A DNA stretch of 64,000 nt from Vicugna vicugna (taxonomy: Eukaryota): positions 914,234-978,233 of the forward strand of contig MU058669.1 in assembly GCA_013265495.1 (NCBI GenBank), read 5' to 3'. Under the pieces are notes generated by a model. The model was given only the letters and a program-made list of their open reading frames with translations, searched no databases and was not told the origin of the DNA. The position numbers and the translations under genes are program-made. Shown here piece after piece: positions 23,323 to 35,668 of this stretch (within the stretch, counting starts at the first letter, position 1; the number at the start of each line of letters is the position of its first letter).

Positions 23323-25458
23323 TGCTAAATACTGCCTATTTATGCCCTTTCAAAATTCAGATGCTGAAAACTATCTCTAATGTGATGGTATTTGGAGGGG
23401 GTGGAGGACCTTTGGGGAAGTGATTAGGTCATGAGAGGGGAGTTCTTGTGAATAGGATTAGAGATCCCTTATAAGAGATATCACAGAGAGCTCTCCTGCC
23501 CTTTGCGCTACAGTGAGAACATAGCTGTCTATACAACAGGAAGCAAGCTCTCTACAGACACCAAACCCACTGGCACCTTGATCTTGGGCCTCCCAGCCTC
23601 CAGATCAGTGAGGAATAAGTGTTGTTTAAGCCACTGAGTCTATGGTATTTTTGTTATAGCAGCCTGAATGGACTAAGACAGAAATTGGTGCTGAGATGTG
23701 GGGGTGTTGCTGTAACAAGTTTCTAAAAATGTTGGAGTGGCTTTGGAACTGGCTAGTGGGTAGAGGTTGGAAGACTGTTCAGGTGTATGCTTGAAAACGT
23801 CTGTATTGCCTTGACTGAATCTTTAAAGGGGATTCTAGTGAGAACTGAGAGAGAAAAGGAGAGATGTAGAGAAAGTCTCCATCTTCTTAGAGAATGCCAA
23901 AGTAATCATGACCACAGTCTTGGCAGAAATAAGGATGGTGAATTTCATTCTGATGTCTCCAACAGAAGTGAGGAACGCGTTACTGGAAACCAGAGGAAAG
24001 GTGATCCCTGCTATAAAGCGTCAAAGAATTTGACTGAATTGTGTTCCTGCTCCAGTGTTTTGTGGAAGATACAACTCACCAGCAGTGAACTGGATATTTA
24101 GTTAAAACATTTCCCAAGCAAAGTGTTGAACATGTGGCTTGGCTCCTCCTGACTGCTTATAGTAAAATGTGAGATGAGAGAAAGGATTTACAAGAGGGAA
24201 TCTTTAAGCAAAAAGGAACTAAGACTTAAAGATTTGGAAAATTCTCAGCCTATTTATAGTGCAAAAAGTGAGAACACGAAGGGTATGGCCAAATGACGGT
24301 TTGATACGGAGATTAGTGTGGATCAGCCCACTCAGCAGAGGCTGGGAACTCTTCTCCCAGATAACAAGAGAATGATGCTGAAGGTGGTTCAGAAATCATC
24401 AAAGCTGCCATCCCCATCACAGGCCCAGAGTGCGAGGGGGGCGTAGTGCTTTCAAAGGGTGGGCCAAGATGCTGCCACTCAGTCCCTTGGCGTTGGGGCC
24501 CCTGCAGAGTGTTGTGGCATTGGCTGTGCCTAGCACAGCTCTGGGGACATGACTCCTTCCTAGATTTCAAAGAATGGGGCCACCTGGCAGAACTAGGGGT
24601 TCAGGACCTCAACCTGGGAGAGCTGTGGACATTGGACTCCAGCCCTGAGGAGTCACAGGCACAGGATGTCAACAGAGAGTTGCTGCAGGGCCATCCCACC
24701 GAGCCATGGTGGGGAGGTTGCCATGCCAGTGGACCTGGAAGGTAGGGCATCAAGACAAAGAGGATTATCCTGGAGCCTTACTGTTTAATGTTGTTTGCCC
24801 TGTTAGGTTTTAGATTTACCTGGGACCTGTCACTCCTTCCCTCTTTCCTTATTTCTCCCTTTTGGAATGATAGTGTCTATCCTATACCTACCTCACCACT
24901 GTGTTTTGGAAGCTCTTGTTTGGTTTCATCGGTTCACAGGTAGAAGAGATTCTGCCCCAGGATGAACAGTACTTTTGAGTCTCACCCATGTCAGATTCAC
25001 ATATTTAGATGAGACTTTGGACTTTAGACTTTTGAGTTGATGCTGGAATGAACTAAGACTTTTAGGGCTATTGGGATAGAATGAATTTTGGAGGGGTAGG
25101 TCAGGGGCTGAATGCTATGGCCTAAATGTTTGTGTCCCCTCCCCCCTCAAACTCATACCTTGAAACCTAAACCCTAAAGTTGATGGTATTTGGAGGTGAG
25201 ACTCCTGGGAGGTCGTTAGATCATGAGGGTGGAGCCCTCATGAATGAGATTAGCGTTTTCATAAAAGACCTCCCAGAGGGCTCCCTCCTTTCTGTCTTGT
25301 GAGGACACAGAAAGAAAGTAGGCTCTCACCAGACACTGAATCTGCTAGTGTTTGATTTTGGATTTCCCAGCCTCCAGAACTATGAGACGTAAAATGTTTG
25401 TTGTTTAAGCCACTCAGTCCATGGTAATTTGTTATAGCAGCCTGAATGGACTATGACA
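23323..25458 (+). mobile_element. Complete two-LTR ERVL-MaLR element (MLT1A/MLT1A0-like)
   Basis: 5' LTR 23323-23680, internal region 23681-25112 (begins gaaattggtg), 3' LTR 25113-25458. Both LTRs have TG...CA termini and share cagcctccaga..gtttaagccact.agtc.atggta.tttgttatagcagcctgaatggacta.gaca. TSD gcacc (23318-23322) / gcatc (25459-25463). Confidence 0.93.
23787..24101 (+). pseudogene. Remnant of the MaLR internal ORF
   Basis: RESLHLLRE..VSNRSEERVTGNQRKGDPCYKASKNLTELCSCSSVLWKIQL resembles the recalled MaLR-int ORF (ESLELPRD..GNWSKGDSCY.LAKRLAAFCPCPRDLW). Confidence 0.7.
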
Positions 25459-25464
25459 GCATCC

Positions 25465-26200
25465 CCAACTCACTGACTTACAATTACGCTTGGAATAAAT
25501 CCCAAATTTCTTATTGTCATCTGCTAGGTTCATCGTAATCTGGCCTCTGTCCACGTCTCAGATTCCATCCTCTACCAGTCCTCTCCTCACTCACTGCCCT
25601 CTAACTCAAAAGCCTGGTTTCTGTTTCTCAAACAGACAAGCACATACCCATCTTGAGACTTCTGTATTTGACCTACGATCTGTTTTGAATGGTTTCACCT
25701 TACAGCTTCCCATAAAATCAACTTGTGCAGGTCTCTATTTAGAGACGCTTTCCTTAACCATCAACCTCAGTGGTTCTCAGCTGAGGACACGTTTGTTCCC
25801 CAGGGAATATTTGGCAATGTTTGTAGATAATTTTGCTTGTCACAGCTGGGGCAGGTGGTACCATTGGCCTCTAGTAGGAATGCTACTAAATATCCTACAG
25901 GATACCCCTTCACAATAAAGAATTATCTGGCCCGAAATGTCAGCAGTGTTCATCTACCTAAAGCTGCTCCCCACTTCTGACACTTGCCCCATGAAATCTT
26001 TCTACCTCATTACCCCTACTTTATTTTCTTAAAAATATCCACTATCGTCTAAAATTTTTTGGTGTATTCAGCTGTTTATCATCTGCCTCCCCTGATTGCA
26101 ACATTAGTTTCATGACAACAGGGACACTGTCCTACCTTGTTCACTTGTACCTAGAATAGTTCCTGATACATAATAAGCACTTCATGAGTGAATGAAGGAA
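25465..26200 (+). mobile_element. LINE2 fragment, interrupted by MER20
   Basis: ttggaataaatcccaaat..; 3' end cagggacactgtcctaccttgttcact..acctagaatagttcctgatacataataagcact..tgaatgaa. Confidence 0.7.
25767..25949. mobile_element. MER20 hAT-Charlie MITE (one end truncated)
   Basis: cagtggttctcagctgagg..ccccagggaatatttggcaatgt..acaataaagaattatctggcccgaaatgtcagcagtg. Confidence 0.85.
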
Positions 26201-26264
26201 GGAAGGAAAATAGAGGTAAAGAATGAACATGAAATAAAACACATAAATGAATAAATGACCAAAG

Positions 26265-26841
26265 AACATAAAAATAAAAAACTGTGGTGTAAATGATACC
26301 ATCAAGAAAAGATAAAAGACACAGAGTGGAAGAAAATATTTGCAGACATATATCTGATAAGGGACTTGTATCTAGAATCTATAAAGAGCTCAGATAATTC
26401 AACAATAAAAAGATAAGCCTGCAATTTAAAATATGCAAAGGATTTTCATAGACATTTCTCTAAGGACGATAGGCAGATAGCTACTAAGCACATAAGATGT
26501 TCAGTTCCATTAATCATTAGGAAAATGCAAATCAAAACCGTAATGGGATACCGTGTCACACCCGTAAGAATGGCTGCAGTCAAAAAGACAGACAATAACA
26601 TGTGTTAGTGAAGATGTGGAGATAAGGAAGCCCCCACATACTGCTGGTGGAAATGTGAGATAGTGCAGTCAGACTGGGACCAGTTTTTCAGTTCCTCAAA
26701 AAGTTAAACAGAGTTGCTGTATAACACGGCAATTTCACTACTAGGTACATACGCAAGAAAAATGAAAAAGCATGTGCCCACAAGACAACTTGTACAAGAC
26801 TGCTCATAGCTTCATTAGTTACAATAACCAAAAAAAAAATG
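26265..26841 (+). mobile_element. Old L1M (L1MB-like) ORF2 3' fragment
   Basis: aaaatatttgca..tatctgataagggacttgtatctagaat..gaaaatgcaaatcaaaacc..agttcctcaaaaagttaaacagag. No intact frame. Confidence 0.88.
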
Positions 26842-29800
26842 CACAAAACCTGTCTGATTGAAACTCCATCTTCTTAAACATGATGACAAGAAACAACACA
26901 GAACAAAAATAATTCCAATAAGAACTGGGCTCCCCATGAAGACTTCCCTACTGGGAAAGGCTGCATTGTTTGAAGACACCAAAGTCCAGTCCACATGACT
27001 GGCTATTTATCCTGGCAGATAGATGCCACTATGGCAGCTGTTTATAGGGCAGTTTCTCAAGGGTTCGGTTGTCATGATGCAGGTGCCTTGAACCTAATTG
27101 TCCTTGAGTATTGGCAAAACTGAGACTCCAGACTTTGCCAGCTTGAGAACCCTAAATTGTGAAGAGGTCACACCTTGATCTTGGCACACCCTTCAACAAG
27201 CAGTCGTGTTTTACACAACATTCACAAAATAGTTCCTTCATGTAATTGTTAAAAAAAACAGCAGCATTAAGTTTGTATCTGTGAAAGCAACGTACATTGC
27301 ATTATTCAAATATAAAATCTTATTAATTAGCATTTAATGTCTCCAACAATGCTATTTATAGAATATCTGCTTTTTTTTTTTGTCCCTAAGAGCCAAGAAA
27401 CTAATGGAAAGAGACCAATTTGAGATGAAAGAGTCTCTTTGCAACCCAGGCTTTTTGTTCTCCCTGAAGGGGAGAGGAAGGCTAGAAATGGGGGAGTGAG
27501 GGTGACAATGAACTTCTTTGATGCCATGGTCCTTCTTCAAGATGGACTGACTGCACATGCCAGTGAAAAGAGAAACTTTTGATCTGCTCCACAACCAATA
27601 TTATAAATATTTGATGGAAAGAATAGACTGGCAGCAGGAGGTGGAAGCAGCAGATAACAATGTGAAGTTACAGTTTTGTGTTATTTTATTCTTCCCCCAA
27701 ACTATTCAAGACTTCTGAGGCCTAGGTGAACTTGACTGCCTCCTTCTGCCTTCCATCCTTCATCCTCCTTGCTGTAAGGAAAAGAAAACTTTGTAAGGGG
27801 AAATTAAAAACACAAACAAACAAACACCAAACAGCTGCCTCTGAATGCTTGGAGAACAAAACAATTGGTACCTTTCATGTCTTTGAAGGTTAAGCTCCAT
27901 TATTTCACATCAGAATCAGAGCATGGGGCTGGAAAATCGGCTCTCAGAGGGCACAAAGCCAATGCTCCCTCCATGACTGACTTACTGAAAAGGCAACAGG
28001 CAAAGCGTTGCTTTTAGGAAGAAAAAAAGAAAGAAAACAAAAAAGGAAAGCAGGATTCCAAGTCATAAAATTGTGTACACCTCGGAAAGCACCCTTTAAA
28101 GGAAGTATAAATGGAGATGTGTGAAAATAATGAAATTGGGAGAGATGAAAAGTCCTGGGTTCAAGTCCCAGTCATATGTGTCCCAACCATGAGACCTTGA
28201 GATATTTTCACCCTGTCCCCTCACTTCCGTTGCCTGAGTCAAATGGAGATTCACTCATTGACATGCTTACTTGTTAAGTATGCAACAATCAAGCAATCAA
28301 GCATCACACACACACAATCGTACCTTCAGTAAGTTCACAAGTCAAAGTATTTCCCTCGTCTCATCACAAGGTTGTTCTGAAAAACCCAATGGACTTTAAC
28401 ACAGCAGAGCAGGGGACTGCTACTAAACTGCTGTGACTAATAGAAAATGTACCTTGCAAGACTTGTTAAGTCCTAGGCGTTTCACAGGACTGACGCAGAG
28501 GTCTCAGATTCTCCTTCCCCATCCAAAGCCAACATAGGTCTTGCTAATTGGATATAGCATTGTATTAGGTCAGACTTTATCATGAACTGGTCCTTCCCAA
28601 GTCTCATTCGTACCCTGTAACTCCCTTACATGCATCCCAGCCATAGTGGGTGTAGATAGCCTGCCCAGTCTTCCTGGGACATTGCTCTGCTCTGTTGCTC
28701 CCTTGCTCATAAATATTCGATGTTTCCTCTCTTCCTATAAAACCAAGCCTCTGCTCAATGCAATTCTCCAAACTCTCGCCCCAAGGCATCTGTTCACCGC
28801 CATCTGCATTCACACTCGTATCAGTCAGCCAAAATGCCGTTCACCATTTGTAGTCACTACTAGTGTTCTCCCATCTCTTTGTTTTCACTCATGGTGTTTC
28901 TTATATTGGCCCTTTTGAGTCCCTGTATGTGTCCCCACATTCTCCTTTGGAAGTCAGATTTGCATTTTGATGAACCTTGCACCCATCCTCACACACCCTG
29001 ACTGTCTTGGTGAAAGTGATTGCCCCCTCTTTAAGCAGGACTTTGCATAATCCTCTCTCTTGGCAAACAATAAGGATGATGGTAATGATAATGAGATAGC
29101 AATACTAGCCTGTACTGAGACTTAAAATGTGCCAGGCATTATGAGAAATAAATGCTTTTACATTAATTATCTTTTCAATTCCTGCAAACACTGTAAGCCT
29201 GCACACTTTGTTATCCCATTTCATAGAGGAGATTGGAGCCTAGGAAGGTTAAGTAAGAACCTGATTTCCCACATAGTATCTAGCAGTTCCATGCATGGGC
29301 TTTGGCATCACAGGCACTTGGGCTGAGCCCAAGCTCTACAAGTTACCAGCTGCATGACATCTGTACTTGCCAAGTAACTGTCTCAGTGTCATCCTCGTTT
29401 ACTTATCTGTGAAATATGGATAATGTTAAGTTTGTTATAGTGATTACATAAGATAATGGATGTAAGATTCAGCAAGATGCGGAATACAGAGAAGGTACTA
29501 GAGAGATGGTAGCTCTCATGACCCCCACCGGAAAAAGCTGCTTGGGGATCAGGATCTGATGTCTTAGTGGACTCCTGATCCTCCCTCAAAGGTTCAATAA
29601 ATGCCAGCTGAATAAATCAGGGCCACTCGAAGAATCTTGTACTTGTCTAAGGCTGTCCTAAAGATGTGTATCATAGAGAAACTTGTGTAATTAAAGGAGA
29701 AAGAAGTTACATAAATAGAGGAAACCAATAAAAAAAAAATTCCCTGTTCTTTGGTCTTAAATCTGTCCTTCTTGCTTTGCTGAGAAAGTGGCAGCCTGAA

Positions 29801-30834
29801 AGCTGGCCCTGTTGCTCTGTCCTCTCCACACCTGCCGTCCTTTATTGTCCTGTTGCTCTGGCTTAGTTGTTTACGTGGGAGCACCTTCGGAACTCTACTG
29901 AGTGATGCATAATTGCCCAGCTGAATGTTAGAGAGCCTCAAAATGAAAAACTCAGAGTTTACGCCCCAAACCTCCACTATATCTTCCAAATCACTGGTTT
30001 GGGCAGAGTCATTGGAGGTCACTGCAGGGGAGGCAGGTGGGAGTGAGGGCTGGAGAGGCAAGCAAAAGCTAGGTCCTACAGGTCTTGTGAAGGCTTTGAG
30101 TCTTCATCGCAAGGATTTGGGAAAGCCACTCGAGATAATAAGCAAAGGAAGTTAAAGTGATTTTCCCACCTCCAGTGAGATTCTGTTAGCAAAACTAGGA
30201 CTGGAAATCTGGTCCCTGGCTCTCACGCCTTGATAAACAGTCTTCTTGGCATGCATCCTCCCAGGTACAGACATTAATGAGCAAAAATGAGAGCAACTGG
30301 ATAGAAAATGTCATGCTCTTTGCTTGTGTCTCTGCAAGGAGCAGGGCAAGTCTGAGTGATGGGTCCTTGGAGGGTCTGAGCCAGAGTTCCAAAGGGGTGG
30401 GGGGCCAGGGAGGAAGCTTGCGTTATGTTGCCTGGGACACGTAGGCTGAAGAAACGGAAATTAGCCATCGAACCCATTATCCGTGGATAGGGTTGCTGAG
30501 GTCCTGGAAAGGGAAAAAGGGCTGGCCATGTCGCACGGTGAAAGCCTAGACTACTGTGGGCAGTGCCTCAAATCTAATCCAATACCTATTTCATTAAGCT
30601 CAGCTGCCCCGCAGTTTGCTAATATTCTATTTGAGAAGTCAAGCCACCGAGTTTAAGGCATTCAACACATAAAACAGGAAGCAGCAACAAGGTCAGTGGT
30701 TCTCTGCCTTTTGTGAGCCCTAACCATTTTGGGACTCTGACAAAAACTCTGAACCATCTCCCCACAAAAACACTATATATATATATACACACACTCAGTA
30801 ATTCTGAATGGACCCACTCTCACAATACTTCCCT

Positions 30835-31350
30835 GAAAGATATAAAGAAATATGTGTGAAAAACCTACACATGAATATTTATAACAGCTTCATTCATAAA
30901 TGCTCTAAATTGGACACAATTTAAGTGTCCATCAGCTGGAATGGGTAAAAAATCTGTGTGGTACATCTATGCAACAAAATATTTGCTCAGCTATAAAAGG
31001 AACACACTATTGGTACACACAACAACATGACTGAATCTCAGAAGCATCGTGTTAAGGAAAGAGAGCCAGACTGAAAAGGCTATATCCTCCACGACTCCAT
31101 TTATATGTCATTCTGGGAGAGGCAGGATTACAGGAAGAGGAAAAGGATCAGAAGTGGTTGAGGCTGGGGTTGGCGCAGGGAGTTGCTTGCAGAGGTATAT
31201 AAGGGGAATTTGGGGGCTAATGAAAATATGCTGTATCTTATTACGGTGGTGGCTACACGACTGTAGACATTTGTCAGAAGTCATGGAACTGTCCACCTAA
31301 ATTAGACTACACTAAATTGAACTTTTAGAATATGATGCATGTAGTTACAG
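30835..31350 (+). mobile_element. Old L1M (L1MD/L1ME-like) 3' end
   Basis: atgaatatttataacagcttcattcata..acaacatgactgaatctcaga..agagccagact.aaaaggcta..ttccatttatat..catttgtca. Confidence 0.8.
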
Positions 31351-31396
31351 TGAGTACATTGACCAATCTTCAGACCTTAGGTAAAGAAACCCTGCT

Positions 31397-31715
31397 ATTT
31401 TTTTAATTTTAAAACGTTTTTATTAAATATTTTTTATTGAGTTGTAGTCAGTTTACAGTATTGTATCAAATTCCAGTGTAGAGCACAATTTTTCAGTTAT
31501 ACATGAACATACATATATTCCTTGTCACACTTTGTTTTTCTCTGTGAGCTACCATAAGATCTTTTATGTATTTCCCTGTGCTACACAGTATAATCTTGTT
31601 TATCTATTCTACATATGTCTGTCAGTATCTACACATTTTGAACTCCCAGTCTGTCCCTTCCCACCCCCATCCCCCCTGGCAACCACAAGTTTGTATTCTA
31701 TGTCTGTGAGTCTGT
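31397..31715 (-). mobile_element. 5'-truncated young L1 3' UTR, camelid-type
   Basis: Highly similar to the 3' UTR at 37467-37740. T-rich tail on the left. TSD aagaa(a/g)ccctgct at 31384-31396 and 31716-31728. Confidence 0.92.
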
Positions 31716-33552
31716 AAGAAGCCCTGCTTTAGAGTTAAACAAAATTTGAAGTGGAAAGACCTCGCCAAACACCAACCGCTCCTACTTACTGCAGAGATAG
31801 GAAAACTGAAGAAAGAAGGTACAATGCGCTCACCAAGTTCACATCTCTTTAGTGATGTTCATTCTTGCAACCAAGATTAGTTGGACACCTAGCTGGATAT
31901 GCCAGCTTAGAAGAAAAATGAGACTTACTGCCTTTAAGTCCTGGGATTTTAACTCAGGTTTTTGACCCTGTAGTTTATTCTGAGAGACAAACAGGGCTCC
32001 AGGGAATATTTAGTTTCTGGTTCTTGCTGGAGCACTGGGCTGGAAGTGAGGAGACCTGTACATGGATGAAGTGAGCTGCACGGAAGAGTGACCTTCTGTG
32101 ATACCAACTGATCTCTGAGCCTCTCCTTTCTTGGCCAAAGTTGGATGAGAAAATAGTTGTATTTCTAAAAGGACCAACTTCAGCTCCCACACTGTGCAAA
32201 GATCAAGAACTTCCCCAGAAGCGTGGCGTAGTGCAGCAATGAACAGCCTTCCCAGATGGTGTCTGTAACAAGGAATTGCATCATAATTGTGCAGCAAGGG
32301 AGAGTAGAATGGACTTGAGGGTGAGCTGGACTACCTGTCACCGTGTGTAAGTCACTTAATACACCTGAACCTCAGGTTCTTCATGTGAAATGAGACAAAA
32401 AGTGATCCCTCTGCCTGCCAGGGTTGGTGTGAGGATTAAACAGGATAATGGATGTCCTGGACACATTATCATCTCTTAGTTAATGTCACTGGCTCTGCTC
32501 TGAATGCCATCATCATCAGTGTCATCATTCCAGTTTTTACATTTCCTTTCTGTTTCTCTTGAAAGATTCTTCCTGCCCCAAAAGGCCAGGTTGTTATTTA
32601 TCGCCAGACAGGGCAATTTCAGCCTCTTTCCCTCTGGATCAGGTCATTTGACATCCAGCAGGGGAAGAGTTTCCACATTACTGAAGTGTACACCTGAGTC
32701 CTCTTGAGCAGTCTGTCAGACTGGCTGAAACTCCAGCCTGGACAGGCCAATTCAGATGCACAGACACCTTCCAGGTAGGCAACCAGGAACCAGTCATTCT
32801 CTCCCGGGCCTGGGCTCCCTGTGGTGACCGGCTTGCGCCCAGCTGCCTCCTGGCCCTCCCTGGCCTTGGCTTTATAACAGTGACCTTGACTGGAGGGGCA
32901 CGAGGAAGTGGGAGCATGCTTGCTAAAGGTAGAGGTTATATAACAACACATCGCAGTATTCCTGCGAAGCAGCAGGAGTCGTGGCAAAACCGTATTCAAT
33001 ATGAACACATTATAAATTATTAATCATTTAGGTATACCTATTGTTTCAATGGTATGATTTTCCAAAAGCAGTATATTTTCCTTCATTGGTAGTGATGCAT
33101 AGAAGATGGAATTTACACTCTGCATTTAGCTATACTCATTGAAGGGCATTGTCCAAGGATGTATTCACATCTAGTGGAGGACAGCAGGGTGTGAGGCTTT
33201 TATGATAACCCAAAGGGGTGACCATTAGTTCTTTTTTAAAAACTTGCAAAACAGTGCTGTAGTGAGACCTCAACATCTGAAGACTGAGAGGAGTTTTACC
33301 CCCTTTCCTGTCCTCCTGTGGTCAGCACATTTGGAAAACCTCCCAGCTGCTCTGTGCTAAGAAAATGGCTCCATCACTGAGAACTGCGGGTTCCAAGCTG
33401 CAAAAGGGATCATGCATGATCTCTGTCTTGATTTAACACATGAAGCGGCTGCTTCGGAACTGATTCCTAGGCCGTAGTCTAGGTTCAGAAGGAAATAGCC
33501 ACGTTAGCAGACAGGGAAGGAAGGCCATTTAACTACATGCCCTATTTCTCTA

Positions 33553-33735
33553 CAGCTGGAGTTCCACTTGCATCAAACTCACTTGGATGATTTCTCCTAA
33601 AATGTCAATTTCTGCCTCCTACCCGGGACCTACCAACTTAGAATCTCTGGGAATGGGGCTTGGAAATAAACATTAACTTGATCCTTAAGGGATTCTGACA
33701 CACATCATCCTTTGACAGTACTTTGAGAAGCATGG
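33553..33735. mobile_element. MER5-like hAT MITE (degenerate)
   Basis: gacctaccaacttagaatctctgggaatggggcttggaaat..gattctga..actttgagaagc. Confidence 0.6.
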
Positions 33736-33878
33736 ATCTAGAAGAATGAATCCACCATGGTGGCATTTTTAGCTCAGAGAAATGGCCAGCCTGGAAGAAA
33801 ACATCCCAGCTTCAATCCTGCAATTACAGAGCTCAAATTAAACTGTTGAGAGTTACCTGCTCAGTTCACTCCCTTCCC

Positions 33879-34113
33879 TGGGAGTTCGAAATTTGTAGAT
33901 ACTGACAGGCATATGTAGAATAGATAAACAAGATTATACTGCATAGCACAGGGAAATATATACAAGATCTTGTGGTAGCTCACAGCGAAAAAAAAATGCG
34001 ACACTGAATATATGCATGTTCATGTGTAACTGAAACATTGTGCTCTACACTGGAAATTGACACAACATTGTAAAATGACTATAACTCAATTAAAAAAAAA
34101 GTTAATAAAAAAA
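33879..34113 (+). mobile_element. Young L1 3' UTR end with A-rich tail, camelid-type
   Basis: Reverse complement of the 31397 and 37467 copies (gtagaatagataaacaagattatactg..tgtgctctacactggaaattgacacaacattgtaaaatgactataactcaattaaaaaaaaa). Confidence 0.92.
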
Positions 34114-34177
34114 GAAGAGCAAAACTAAGCAACTAATTTAAATACCTTCAGAAACCAAGGTAATGTAATAAGTGACA

Positions 34178-34470
34178 AGGCAGTGTAGACTGTGGCAAAC
34201 TAGAGAGCTTGGACCCTGTGCAAAGGAGGTGGCCAGCACTCAGCTCTTCCAGTGTTGTCTTTAACAACGGGGGCTCAAGCTGACAAAGCTTCTGATTTGT
34301 TTGTTTTTGAGAAGCTGGAAATCCAAAGTTTGTATAAATTCTCTCTTTTCGTAATGCTGGTCACAAACTCAATTTTCTTTTCTTTTGAAAAAACAAAACC
34401 AAAAACAAACAGTCAGAAAACTAAGTCCCCCAGGGTGAATATGGTCCATGGAACACCAGTTTGGGACTTG
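34178..34470 (-). mobile_element. MER102-like hAT-Charlie element
   Basis: gactgtggcaaactagagagc..actcagctc..cttctgattt..gagaagctggaaatcc matches the reverse complement of the recalled MER102 consensus. Confidence 0.55.
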
Positions 34471-35497
34471 CGACACAGAGGGAACAGGCTTACGTGTAGA
34501 AAGAGTACATGCCCCACCGGCTCAGACACAGGCAGACAATTCCAAAGGGTGACACATTCTGAAGAGAGGATGTAACTGCTTCAGTGAGGATGAGGAGGGG
34601 TCTCTTGATACTGTTCCTGGAAGAAATTAGAATGGCTGCCGTTCTTCCTCTTTCAAAGAGGAAATGGACACTTTGAAGTTTCTCCTGATCATGGAAAGGC
34701 AATACTTCTGGCTTGACTGGAGCCAGGCCCTGGGAAATGCTGTTCCCCAAAGAAGTATAAAGAACAGAGTTTGCAAAAGATACTGTGCAGCATGAAAGAG
34801 CAGAGGCCAAGAAAAGGGATGAGGTGCAGGAAGGGGATAGATGGTGAAAGCATGGTGATTGGCCATAATCATCATGAGGCAAGAGCGTACTGTAGCGATG
34901 GGCACATGAATAAAGCAAAGATTCCACTCCTGGGAGAAGAAGTCTTTTGAAGGTGATTTACAGTTCTGATGCTGAAAAGCCCAGTTCAGACGTTACAGAA
35001 GACATCTGGCTCTACTGACATGGATATCTCTTCTCTTACACTAATCAAAATCCCATCCAATCTGGGGCCTTTAAAGACTACTGACATATGTGGTCATAGA
35101 ACCAGAAAAGGAGAGAGTGGCCGCAGTAAGAATGCAGTTTGTATCAAAGGTTAAGGAGTCCTTTAGAAATCGTAGGCCTCACTACCAGGGGAAAAGGTAA
35201 AGCTGGAAAAAGACTTAATCTTATTCCAGTGAATGTTCTCATTCTAATAAATTTGTTATGTCTCTCTGGTGAGACTAGAAGCTATATGAGGACAAATCAA
35301 ATCAACATATTCATTAACTATATATGACTGAGCAAGGCCAATACAGTGGAGGGACAGCTAGAGGAAATATGTCTTCCACGTACATATCCCCTGTAGAGTC
35401 TCTTAAGAGGAAAGAAGCAGAATAAAACATAATAAACACTTACATTACTCTTGTGCCAATTGTAAATAATAGCTGAGAAAAACACAGTGCCCTAAAG

Positions 35498-35668
35498 CAG
35501 TGGTTTTCAAATTGTGGTCCTCAGTAACAGCCACATCAGCTTCCCTTGGGAGCTTGTTAGGAATATAAATTCCTAGGTCCCACCTCAAACCTACTGAATC
35601 AGAACCAATGGAGGTGGGGGGTCCCATAATCTGTGCTTTCTTTCACAAGCTTTCTAGATGATTCTTAA
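35498..35668. mobile_element. MER5A hAT MITE
   Basis: cagtggttttcaaattgtggtcc..gggagcttgttaggaat..cccacctcaaacctactgaatcagaac. Confidence 0.85.
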
